Positions 17,793 to 27,051 of a stretch of DNA of 54,487 nucleotides are shown piece after piece. The translations under genes were made by a program, and so were the position numbers. Source of the DNA: a virus (Duplodnaviria; Caudoviricetes); the IMG/VR virus record IMGVR_UViG_3300033148_005240, positions 1 to 54,487 of that record; one strand, given 5' to 3'. The notes under the pieces are model-generated. The model did not search any database. It saw only the letters and a program-made list of their open reading frames with translations, and was not told the DNA's origin. Every line of letters starts with the position of its first letter. Position 1 is the stretch's first letter.

Positions 17793-18370
17793 ATAAAATT
17801 AAGGCAAAACAATTATTATTCAAAGTAATAGAATCTTTAGAAGAAAATAATATCGATTATTTTTTAGAAGCTGGAACATTATTAGGAGCTATAAGAAATA
17901 AGGAATTTATTAAATACGATAAAGATATAGATATAGGAACAACTAATAATTTTTTCGATGATTATAATAAATTTCAAGCTTTTTTGGCTTCTTTATATAA
18001 GAGAGGTTTAAAAGTTCCTTTAATTAGAGGTAATTGGTCGATTAAAATAAAGGGAGACGATTCTTTACATGTTGATATTGATAGATATTTTTTAAATAAG
18101 AAGAAAGATATTTATTATTGTATAGATTTAAGTAAGCAACATATCAGATATTTTCCAATGGAAATAATATCGGAAAGAAATGGGTATACGTTTTTAGGTA
18201 AAGAAGTTAAAATACTTTTAAATTACAAATCTTATTTAAATATTTTATATGGTAATGATTGGAAAAAACCAAAAAAGAATTTTTATACTAATAATAATAC
18301 TCGGAAATATAACTTAAATAAAAGACTTACAATCGAACATATAATAACGGTAGAAAATGAAGAAATATAA
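17789..18370 (+). CDS. licD: LicD-family phosphotransferase
   Basis: GTLLGAIRNKEFIKYDKDIDIG, VDID, YL..LYGNDWKKP. Confidence 0.85.
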   Translation: MNKIKAKQLLFKVIESLEENNIDYFLEAGTLLGAIRNKEFIKYDKDIDIGTTNNFFDDYNKFQAFLASLYKRGLKVPLIRGNWSIKIKGDDSLHVDIDRYFLNKKKDIYYCIDLSKQHIRYFPMEIISERNGYTFLGKEVKILLNYKSYLNILYGNDWKKPKKNFYTNNNTRKYNLNKRLTIEHIITVENEEI

Positions 18371-19325
18371 ACTATTAATATTAGGTTATCCAGTAAAAAA
18401 TAAGAAACAAATTAATTTATGTTTTTCAATGCTTACTTATGGATTGGAACAAGCTTTTAAACAAATGGGGCATGTCACTTTAATCGAAAGCGATTATTTT
18501 ACAAAGACTAATAAAAATTATAGTGGACTTTCAATGCCAAAATTAGATTTATCAAAAATACCAAATGTAGATTTTATTATAGTAATAAACTATCATCCTT
18601 TCTTTACTCAAGAAAATATATCGTTATTAAAGAAGAAATGTAAAAAAGTTATATCATTCTTAGAAATAGGAGAATTATCGGATTTTTCTTTTATGTTCAA
18701 AAATACTTCTTTCAAACAGGATAAAGATAAAACAGAAATAATTTCAGCCCCTTATATTTCTAATTTTTATTCTAATGTTCCAAAAGAATCTAAGTCGATT
18801 TTATTAGACCATATATATTTAAATGCTTGGAAAAATGATAAAATCAACCATTATGCTTGGTCAAAAAGAATTTGGACTTGGCTGGAAGAAATAAAAAATG
18901 AATATAAAATATATAGTTTAATTTCTCGTTCTATAGAATTGAAATGCGGTAATCCAAAAGAAGAACATTTAAAAACATTACCTAAATGGATTATTCCTAT
19001 ACAAGCGACTAACTATATCGATTATTTAAAGAAAACTCAAACAATGGAAACTTTTATAGTTACCCATGTGGGCAGTTATAATTTTAGTGTAATTGACATG
19101 TTAGTAAGAGGTATAAGGGTATTAAGTCCTGTTGAAGCAATACCTAAATTTAATATCGATAGATTTAATATTCCAATTTTTAATAATAGAATAGAATTAT
19201 TGAGACTAATCAATGCTCCAATAAACAAAGACAAATGGAATAACCAAATACAAAAATGCACAGGTATGAAAAAAGTAGTTTCTATTATAGACAATAAAAT
19301 TCAAGGATGGTTAAATGAAAAATAG
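18357..19325 (+). CDS. hypothetical protein, possible GT-B glycosyltransferase
   Basis: 322 aa inside the cluster; FIVTHVGSYNFSVIDMLVRGIRVL loosely resembles the GT-B C-terminal motif. Confidence 0.45.
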   Translation: MKKYKLLILGYPVKNKKQINLCFSMLTYGLEQAFKQMGHVTLIESDYFTKTNKNYSGLSMPKLDLSKIPNVDFIIVINYHPFFTQENISLLKKKCKKVISFLEIGELSDFSFMFKNTSFKQDKDKTEIISAPYISNFYSNVPKESKSILLDHIYLNAWKNDKINHYAWSKRIWTWLEEIKNEYKIYSLISRSIELKCGNPKEEHLKTLPKWIIPIQATNYIDYLKKTQTMETFIVTHVGSYNFSVIDMLVRGIRVLSPVEAIPKFNIDRFNIPIFNNRIELLRLINAPINKDKWNNQIQKCTGMKKVVSIIDNKIQGWLNEK

Positions 19326-21015
19326 AAAACCCACATGTTCAATAATAATACCTTCTTTTAAAAGGGCACATTTACTAAAGTGGGGATTATATTCTTTATC
19401 TCAACAAAAATGTTCTTATTCTTTTGAAATTATAATTTTAAATGATGGAATTCCTGATGATACGGAAAAGGTATGTAAGCTATATGAAAACAAGTTAAAT
19501 ATTAAATATATTTTTACAGGACAAAGAAATTTAAAAGATACTACTTTTTGGAGATGTCCAGGTTATGCAATAAATATAGGAGTTAAACAAGCTAAAGGTA
19601 AATATATTATTTTAACCTGTCCCGAAATTTTTCATTTAGATAACCACGCCATTGAAAAAGTAATTAAAAATTTGATAAAAAAGAAAAAAAAACTAGTTAA
19701 AACTTTTGGTAAAGATGATAGAAAAGGTTTATTTTTAGAATATATCGAAAATACTAAAGGAGAAATAATAGATAAATCTAAAGTAAATTCTTTAAGAGGA
19801 TTACAAACTCATCTTCCTTTCTTTTTGGGAATAAATAAAAAAGATTATTTGAATATTGGAGGATATGATGAAGGTTTTATTGGTTGGGCTTACGACGATA
19901 CCGATTTCATTGCAAGATTAAAAAGATATGGATGTAGTTATATAAAAATAAATTCTACAATTATTCATTTATATCATCCTCGTCATAGAATAGGATTAAA
20001 AAGTATTATGCAATTATATCATTATAACAAAGATTTATATAAGAAACATGAAAAAGAAGGGGTTATATTTGCTAATGTTGGAAAAGATTGGGGACAAATA
20101 AAAGACAGTAAAGATAACAAAAAATTAGTAAAACTGTATACAGAAAGAGAAATGAAATGGAATTTAAAAAAGATACCTAAAATAGCCCATTTTTATTGGG
20201 GAGAAGAAAAACTTCCCTTTCTTAGATATTTAACAGTATATTCTTTTATTAAATTTAATCCAGATTGGAAAATAAAATTTTACGTCCCGAAATTTCCTAC
20301 TAAACAAAAGACCTGGAAAACTAACGAACAAAAATATCAATTAACAGGAACTGATTATTTTTCTAAGTTAAAAGATTTAGGGATAAAAATTTATCCTGTA
20401 GATATGAGAAATATAGGAGTAACCAATAAGATTTCAGAAGTGCATAAATCGGATTTTTTAAGATGGCATTTATTGTCATCTGTTGGAGGGCTTTGGTCAG
20501 ATATGGATATAATATATTTTGAATCTATGAAACAAATGAAAATTAATAAGGAAAATTTTAATCAAACTGACACTGTTGTTTGTATAGGAAAAGATTATGG
20601 ACATTCTATAGGATTTATGCTATCTTCTCCTAAAAATAAATATTTTAAGTATATTTATAAACAAGCTCGTAAAAGATTTGACCCTCTTAATTATCAAGGT
20701 ATAGGAGTTAAATTATTAAATAGTCAGTTTTCTTCTACTGAAGCTATAAACAAAATGTTTCCAGTGTTATTTCCTAAAAATATTCCAGAATCTACAGTTT
20801 ATCCTTATAATGCCACTAAAATAAATGAAATATATACAGAGCCTAATTTATGTAGAATAACAGAAGATACTATAGGATTACATTGGTATGCTGGACATCC
20901 TTTAGCTGGTAGAATGGTAAATAAAGTTTGTGAAGAAAATTGGCAAAAATTTGATAAAGTTATAGGTTTAAGTATGAGAAAAGTGTTAGACGATAAATTT
21001 AATGGGAGAGATTAA
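19315..21015 (+). CDS. two-domain glycosyltransferase (GT2 plus GT32-like DXD domain)
   Basis: SIIIPSFKR..EIIILNDG..GGYDEGFIGWAYDD; then IPKIAHFYW..SDFLR..GGLWSDMD. Confidence 0.85.
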   Translation: MKNRKPTCSIIIPSFKRAHLLKWGLYSLSQQKCSYSFEIIILNDGIPDDTEKVCKLYENKLNIKYIFTGQRNLKDTTFWRCPGYAINIGVKQAKGKYIILTCPEIFHLDNHAIEKVIKNLIKKKKKLVKTFGKDDRKGLFLEYIENTKGEIIDKSKVNSLRGLQTHLPFFLGINKKDYLNIGGYDEGFIGWAYDDTDFIARLKRYGCSYIKINSTIIHLYHPRHRIGLKSIMQLYHYNKDLYKKHEKEGVIFANVGKDWGQIKDSKDNKKLVKLYTEREMKWNLKKIPKIAHFYWGEEKLPFLRYLTVYSFIKFNPDWKIKFYVPKFPTKQKTWKTNEQKYQLTGTDYFSKLKDLGIKIYPVDMRNIGVTNKISEVHKSDFLRWHLLSSVGGLWSDMDIIYFESMKQMKINKENFNQTDTVVCIGKDYGHSIGFMLSSPKNKYFKYIYKQARKRFDPLNYQGIGVKLLNSQFSSTEAINKMFPVLFPKNIPESTVYPYNATKINEIYTEPNLCRITEDTIGLHWYAGHPLAGRMVNKVCEENWQKFDKVIGLSMRKVLDDKFNGRD

Positions 21016-21017
21016 TT

Positions 21018-22091
21018 ATGAAAATAATTACAATTTTAGGAACTAGACCCGAAATTATCAGGCTTTCTCGGATTATACCTAAACTTGATAAAGTTTGTAA
21101 ACATATTTTAGTGCATACAGGACAAAACTATGATAAAAATCTTAGCGATATTTTCTTTAGGGATTTAGGTCTAAGACAACCTGATTATTATTTGGGAGCT
21201 AAAGGAAGTATGGGCGAACAAATCGCTACAATTCTGCGAGAAGTTGAGAAGATATTTATGAAAGAGAAGCCAGATAAAGTTTTGGTATTGGGTGATACAA
21301 ATTCAGGATTATCTACAATTATAGCAGAAAGAATGAAAATACCCTGTTTACATATGGAAGCTGGTAATAGGGCAGGGGAACGCATACCAGAGGAGATAAA
21401 TAGGCATATTATAGATAGTGTATGCACTATTAATGCCCCATATACCGATAAATCTAAAGAAAATTTATTACGAGAAGGATTCAATCCTAAAAAAATAGTG
21501 GTATCAGGAAATCCGATATTAGAAGTAATTAACTACTATAAGCCACAAATCGATAAAAGCAATATATTAGAACAGTTGAATTTAAAAGCTAAACAATATA
21601 TGCTTGTTACTGTGCATCGTCAAGAAAATGTCGATGATGTAAAAAGATTTAATAAGATAGTTCAAGCATATAATTCGATAGCTGAAACAGGTATACAAGT
21701 TATTATTTCAACACATCCTCGCACTCGAAGTAAAATGAATAATTTAAAAATTAAAATACATCCAAATGTGAGATTTTTAGAACCTTTTGGATTTTTTGAT
21801 TTTATTACTCTTGAAAAAAATGCTAAAGTTATATTAACCGATAGCGGAACTGTTCAAGAAGAAGCTTGTATATTGCATATTCCTTGTGTTATAACAAGAA
21901 AAGCAACTGAAAGAATGGAAACTATTGAATGTGGAGCTACTATTTTGGCTGGAATAGAAAGTAAAAATATTTATGAAAGTTATAAGCAAGCAATGGAGAT
22001 GAATATAAATTGGATAGCACCTAAAGAATATTTGGATGAAGATGTAAGTGATAAAATTATTAATTATCTTTCAAATAAATGGGAATATTAA
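21018..22091 (+). CDS. wecB: UDP-N-acetylhexosamine 2-epimerase, non-hydrolysing (FnlC/CapG/WecB-like)
   Basis: GTRPEIIRL, HTGQNYD, LGDTNS, HMEAGNR, PEEINR, HRQEN, TDSGTVQEE. Confidence 0.93.
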   Translation: MKIITILGTRPEIIRLSRIIPKLDKVCKHILVHTGQNYDKNLSDIFFRDLGLRQPDYYLGAKGSMGEQIATILREVEKIFMKEKPDKVLVLGDTNSGLSTIIAERMKIPCLHMEAGNRAGERIPEEINRHIIDSVCTINAPYTDKSKENLLREGFNPKKIVVSGNPILEVINYYKPQIDKSNILEQLNLKAKQYMLVTVHRQENVDDVKRFNKIVQAYNSIAETGIQVIISTHPRTRSKMNNLKIKIHPNVRFLEPFGFFDFITLEKNAKVILTDSGTVQEEACILHIPCVITRKATERMETIECGATILAGIESKNIYESYKQAMEMNINWIAPKEYLDEDVSDKIINYLSNKWEY

Positions 22092-22092
22092 G

Positions 22093-22734
22093 ATGAAAAG
22101 AAAAAAATGCACTTGTTGCAGAAAATTAAAAAAGTTATCCCAATTTTCTATTCGTAAACAAAATAAAGATAATCATGATTCTTGGTGTCAAGAATGTTAT
22201 AGAATAAAAAGTAGGGAATATGGTAAAAAACATTTAAAACAAAAATTAGAATATAACAAAAAATGGAGGAAAGAAAATTCAGAAAAATATCATAAATCAA
22301 ATAAAGATTATTACGCTAAAAATAAAAAAATAATGAATAAAAGAGTTAAATTATGGAAAATAAATAATTCGAAAAAAGTTAAAAAATGGAGAATAAAAGA
22401 TTATAAATATAGAATAAATAATGATATAAGTTGGAAAATATTACGGAATTTACGAACCAGAATACATCATGCTTTAGTTCGTGAAACTAAAAGTAAACCG
22501 ACAATAAAATTATTAAACTGTTCTATAAAAAAATTAAAATATTATATACAAAAACAATTCAAAAAAGACATGACTTGGAATAATTATGGTAAATGGCATA
22601 TAGACCATATTAGACCTTGTGCTAGTTTTGATTTATCTAAACCTGAAGAACAAAGAAAATGTTTTAATTATAAAAATTTACAGCCATTATGGGGTAAAGA
22701 AAATCAATCAAAAGGGGCAAAATATGAAAAATAA
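22093..22734 (+). CDS. HNH-type homing endonuclease (paralog 3 of 5)
   Basis: Start moved to ATG 22093 (MKRKKCTCC); WHIDHIRPCASFDL..CFNYKNLQPLW. Confidence 0.8.
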   Translation: MKRKKCTCCRKLKKLSQFSIRKQNKDNHDSWCQECYRIKSREYGKKHLKQKLEYNKKWRKENSEKYHKSNKDYYAKNKKIMNKRVKLWKINNSKKVKKWRIKDYKYRINNDISWKILRNLRTRIHHALVRETKSKPTIKLLNCSIKKLKYYIQKQFKKDMTWNNYGKWHIDHIRPCASFDLSKPEEQRKCFNYKNLQPLWGKENQSKGAKYEK

Positions 22735-23707
22735 TTTATTTAAAAATAAAAGAATTTTAATTGTCGGAGGCACTGGGAGTTGGGGATATTGTTTAACTAA
22801 AAAACTTTTGAATTTAGAACCATCTCAAATAGTAATATTTTCAAGAAACGAATTTAATCAGGTAAAAATGGCAAGGTTCTATAATAATAATAAATTGAAA
22901 TTTATTATAGGAGATGTTAGAGATTTCGAAGCTATTAATAACGCTTGTAAAAATATAGATATGGTTTTTCATTTGGGAGCATTGAAACATGTAATTTTAT
23001 GTGAAAAATTTCCAAACGAAGCGATTAAGACCAATATTATAGGAACTGAAAATGTAATAAAAGCTTCTATTAATAACAATATAAAGAGAGTAATAGATGT
23101 ATCTTCGGACAAAGCTTGCGAACCAGTGCAAGTTTATGGAGCTACTAAATTAATAGGAGAACGATTAATTATACATGCTAGCACTTCACAATCCAATACC
23201 AAATTTATGGTTATTCGTTCAGGTAATGTATTAGGTTCGGCAGGGTCTATTTTGGAGTTTTGGATAAACCATGCAAAAAATAAGAAAGCGATTCCTTTAA
23301 CTAATCCTTCAATGACTAGATATTTTTTAACCCTATCCCAAGCAATAGATTTACTTTTTGTTGCAATAAATTCAGATATTAACGGAGGTAAATTCGTTAT
23401 GAAAATGCCAGCTTTAAAATTAATAAATCTTGCAGAAGTTATTAATGAATACTATAATAATAAAGCTGGTGTTAAAATTATAGGCATTAAACAAGGGGAA
23501 AAAATTCATGAAAGCTTGGTTTCGAAGCACGAATCTTTAAATACTTTCATATATAACGATAATTATTATTTGATTATGGATAACCCTACTCATGATACAG
23601 TAAATTATTATAAAAAAGTAACTTTTAAAGAATATAATTCAGCTACTAATTTAATGACTAAAGAAGAGATTAAAGAATTACTTAAAAGGGGAGGATATTT
23701 AAAATGA
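22724..23707 (+). CDS. UDP-GlcNAc 4,6-dehydratase (FnlA/CapE/PseB-like)
   Basis: Start moved to ATG 22724; GGTGSWG, GDVRD, ALKHV..CE, SSDKA, YGATK, GNVLGS, MTRY, GEKIHE. Confidence 0.9.
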   Translation: MKNNLFKNKRILIVGGTGSWGYCLTKKLLNLEPSQIVIFSRNEFNQVKMARFYNNNKLKFIIGDVRDFEAINNACKNIDMVFHLGALKHVILCEKFPNEAIKTNIIGTENVIKASINNNIKRVIDVSSDKACEPVQVYGATKLIGERLIIHASTSQSNTKFMVIRSGNVLGSAGSILEFWINHAKNKKAIPLTNPSMTRYFLTLSQAIDLLFVAINSDINGGKFVMKMPALKLINLAEVINEYYNNKAGVKIIGIKQGEKIHESLVSKHESLNTFIYNDNYYLIMDNPTHDTVNYYKKVTFKEYNSATNLMTKEEIKELLKRGGYLK

Positions 23708-23892
23708 AAAAAATAAGACCGATTCCATATCGACCATTAGGTAAATTAATTATATCAGCAACAGGATTACGGAAAATGGCTAATGCTCTCCAGAAAAAAC
23801 ATAAAACCAAAGGAGATGTTTTGGTAAATGCTTATGTAGAATATTGGATGGAGAAAAATAAAGCCAAATATACTATAGGGATTAAAATTTAG
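23704..23892 (+). CDS. hypothetical protein
   Basis: 62 aa, ATGA-coupled, GGAGG RBS. Confidence 0.55.
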   Translation: MKKIRPIPYRPLGKLIISATGLRKMANALQKKHKTKGDVLVNAYVEYWMEKNKAKYTIGIKI

Positions 23893-24743
23893 TGAATAAA
23901 AAGAAAATTCTTATTATCGGTAGCAGGGGTATGGCTGGTCATACTATCTTTAAATATTTGAGGTCGTTAAATAAATATTATTTAATAGATATAGCTCGAC
24001 AAAAATTAACTCCTAACACATTGTCGATAGATGTTAAGAAACAGCCGAATTATCTGAGACGTGTAATCGAAAATTCTCAACCTGACGTAATAATTAACTG
24101 TATAGGAATATTAGTAGATGCTTGTAATAAAGACCCTGAAAATGCTATCTGGATTAATTCTTATTTCCCTTATTATCTCGCTAAAATTACCGCAAACACA
24201 AAGACGAAAATCATTCATCTTTCAACAGATTGCGTTTTTGATGGTCAATTTCAAGGTAAATATACAGAAAAAGACCTACCAACTGAAACCAATCTTTATG
24301 GAAGAACTAAAGCAATGGGTGAGATTAATAACGATAAAGATTTAACATTGAGATTGTCTATTATAGGAGATGAATTAAAAGAGAATGGCACTGGGTTATT
24401 TAATTGGTTTATGAAACAAAAAGGAAATGTTTATGGATATGCTAGAGTAATTTGGGACGGAATTACAACTCTCGAACTTGCCAAACAATTGGATAAAATT
24501 ATTAATACCAAATTAACAGGGCTTTATCATCTTGCTCCTGATTTTAATATAAGCAAATTTAATTTATTAGCAAAAATAAATAGAATATGGGATAGAAAAG
24601 ACGTTTTAGTTATTCCGAGATTTAAAGTTCAACAAAATAAAACTTTGGTTAATAATCGTAAAGAAGAATATGACCCTAAAATACCTGATTATGAAACTCA
24701 ATTAATAGAAATGAAGGAATTTATTGAAAGGAAAGAAAAATGA
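23892..24743 (+). CDS. RmlD-family nucleotide-sugar 4-reductase (FnlB/WbvR-like)
   Basis: GSRGMAG, PDVIINCIG, HLSTDCVFDG, YGRTK, SIIG, GLFNWF. Confidence 0.88.
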   Translation: MNKKKILIIGSRGMAGHTIFKYLRSLNKYYLIDIARQKLTPNTLSIDVKKQPNYLRRVIENSQPDVIINCIGILVDACNKDPENAIWINSYFPYYLAKITANTKTKIIHLSTDCVFDGQFQGKYTEKDLPTETNLYGRTKAMGEINNDKDLTLRLSIIGDELKENGTGLFNWFMKQKGNVYGYARVIWDGITTLELAKQLDKIINTKLTGLYHLAPDFNISKFNLLAKINRIWDRKDVLVIPRFKVQQNKTLVNNRKEEYDPKIPDYETQLIEMKEFIERKEK

Positions 24744-24952
24744 ATAATTTTGGTTATATGAATATAAAGACAAATTTATTAGAAAGAAGCAAAAGAATAC
24801 TTAACAAAGTTGTTAATAGTAGAAATAATGGAAAATTTGCAAGCGGTTGGAAAAGAGAAGGTTTTTCTACAATTCAAGATTGGGCTAAAAAAGAAATTTC
24901 TTTAATAGATTGGGAATTAGAAACAAGAAAGAGATATTTTAATAATGAATAA
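24740..24952 (+). CDS. hypothetical protein
   Basis: 70 aa, coupled at both ends. Confidence 0.5.
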   Translation: MNNFGYMNIKTNLLERSKRILNKVVNSRNNGKFASGWKREGFSTIQDWAKKEISLIDWELETRKRYFNNE

Positions 24953-25754
24953 AATCAGATTTCCTCGTCGAGAAAATCAAAGATACTATAGGTATCACTA
25001 TACTTTTCTTCTTAACGTATTCAAAGAAGCTGGAATTAATGTTCAATTATGCCCTTCTACAGAATTAGATACTACTAGATTCACTATAAATATTGATGGG
25101 GAAAATGTTTGCATAGATTTTTCAGACCATACTGAATTATATAAAGACCATAAAAAATATAAACATTATTTTAAATATCATTATACCGAAGGGCTACACG
25201 AAAAATATTCTAATGTATATCCTTTAAGTCCTATTAGTTTTTTAAATTGGGATAATTATTTCTTTAATGATATTAAATATACTTGTAATAATAATATTAT
25301 TTTAAATAATCAAAGACCTTATGCTGGTGCTTTAGAAAGACGTAGAAAAGTGCAACACTTATTAAAAAGTGCGTATAAATGGAGAAATCTAGATTTTAAA
25401 TTAACTGACCAAAAAACTTATTGGGAAAAAATTAATAATTGTTTGGTTCATGTCTTCGTGCCAGGTGCAAGAAATGATATGCTAGATAGAGGACAATTTC
25501 AGTATATGGCATTTGGTTGTTGCACAATTTCTCCCATATTAAAAACAAAATTACCTTACAGTCAAGAGTTAGTGCCAGGTTATCATTATATCGAGATTAA
25601 ACCTGATTATTCTGATTTAATAGAAAAAATAGAATGGTGCAAAACTCATAGGAAGGAATGTATTAAAATAGGACAGAACGCTAAATATTTATTTACAGCA
25701 TTTTGTAGACCTGCTAAGATAGTTAGATGGATGGAGCTATGTTTAAACAAATGA
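24945..25754 (+). CDS. probable glycosyltransferase (GT90/CAP10-like C-terminus)
   Basis: LVPGYHYIEIKPDYSDLIEKIEW....ECIKIGQNAK. Confidence 0.6.
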   Translation: MNKIRFPRRENQRYYRYHYTFLLNVFKEAGINVQLCPSTELDTTRFTINIDGENVCIDFSDHTELYKDHKKYKHYFKYHYTEGLHEKYSNVYPLSPISFLNWDNYFFNDIKYTCNNNIILNNQRPYAGALERRRKVQHLLKSAYKWRNLDFKLTDQKTYWEKINNCLVHVFVPGARNDMLDRGQFQYMAFGCCTISPILKTKLPYSQELVPGYHYIEIKPDYSDLIEKIEWCKTHRKECIKIGQNAKYLFTAFCRPAKIVRWMELCLNK

Positions 25755-26383
25755 CAATACCAATTATAATATCATATTTTACTCGTAATACTCCATATGA
25801 GAAGGTAATGAATACTCATTTACTTCCTTCATTAAAAAAGTTTGATTTACCCTATGATATTGAGGCTGTAGAGGACTTCGGTAACTGGCAGAAGAATACG
25901 TCCTATAAAGCCCAATTCGTGTTCCAGAAGCTCTTACAGCACCAAAGAACAGTGGTTTTTATCGACTCTGATGCCACTATAGAACAATATCCCTCTTTAT
26001 TCACCCAAATACCTCCTGAATTCGATATAGCGTGCCATTACCAAAATTATATATTACAATGGAGAGGAAGAACAGATGGTAAAAGATTTGACCTATTAAG
26101 TGGGACTTTAATGTTTCGTTATAATGAGAAAGTCTTATCTTTAGTTCGTAAATGGATAGAAAGGACTAAAACTTCTAATAAGTGGGAGCAAATTATTTTG
26201 CAGAAGTTGACCGAAGAAAATAAAGATATAAAAATATTTTCACTCCCTGTTACGTATTGCACAGTAAATACACATAAAAATGAAATACCTTCTTATATTA
26301 AAAAAGAAGAAGTTGTAATAAGACACTGGCAAGCTAGTAGGAAATATAAATCAAGAAGAAAAGGAGATTGGACAAAGAAATGA
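25751..26383 (+). CDS. GT-A fold nucleotide-diphospho-sugar transferase
   Basis: Start moved to ATG 25751; YKAQF..VVFIDSDA (DxD), LSGTL, WEQ..L, LP.TYC, HWQASR. Confidence 0.7.
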   Translation: MTIPIIISYFTRNTPYEKVMNTHLLPSLKKFDLPYDIEAVEDFGNWQKNTSYKAQFVFQKLLQHQRTVVFIDSDATIEQYPSLFTQIPPEFDIACHYQNYILQWRGRTDGKRFDLLSGTLMFRYNEKVLSLVRKWIERTKTSNKWEQIILQKLTEENKDIKIFSLPVTYCTVNTHKNEIPSYIKKEEVVIRHWQASRKYKSRRKGDWTKK

Positions 26384-27051
26384 ATAAACCCATACAGTGC
26401 ATAATTCTAGGTGGAGGTTCAAGTATCCAGGAAGGGATAAAGAAAAATCTATGGTCTCGTATTAAAAATAAATTCGTTATAGGTATAAATTATTCTTATC
26501 ATCATTTTACCAATCCTACTTTTCAAGTTTATCTTGATTATAAATTTTATAATGGAAATAAAAAAGATGTTGATAATCTTCCTCTAATAATAACAAAACC
26601 AGGCAAACAATTACCTTCAAATACTATTCAAATTAAAACAATGTCCAATTACAAAAGAGATATTAGACAAGGTTGTTATAAAGGAAGTTTAAGTGGAATT
26701 TATGCGGTTTCATTAGGAATTTATTTACTTGATGTAGGGGAGATTTTTCTTTTAGGATATGATTTTTGTGGAATAGGAAAAGACAAAAAAGGTAGAGCAA
26801 AGACACATTATTATGAAAATATTGAACATAGAGGTAGGGGAAAAGTTAATTATTATAGTAATAAAACCAGATGGAATAAAGATTTTGCTCCATTTATAAA
26901 TGAAAAAAAAGTTAAAATTTATAATGTAAGTTTACAATCTAAAATCACAAATTTCCCTAAAATTTCATATGACCAGTTCTTTAAAATGTTAAATGGGCAG
27001 GGGTTTGACCAAAAACAGTTAAGACAATATATTAAGGAAAAATTAAAATGA
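26380..27051 (+). CDS. Maf/sialyltransferase-like (DUF115-type) transferase
   Basis: Start moved to ATG 26380; CIILGGGSS, GIN, SG.YAVSL, IFLLGYDF, HYY, IYNVS. Confidence 0.6.
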   Translation: MNKPIQCIILGGGSSIQEGIKKNLWSRIKNKFVIGINYSYHHFTNPTFQVYLDYKFYNGNKKDVDNLPLIITKPGKQLPSNTIQIKTMSNYKRDIRQGCYKGSLSGIYAVSLGIYLLDVGEIFLLGYDFCGIGKDKKGRAKTHYYENIEHRGRGKVNYYSNKTRWNKDFAPFINEKKVKIYNVSLQSKITNFPKISYDQFFKMLNGQGFDQKQLRQYIKEKLK

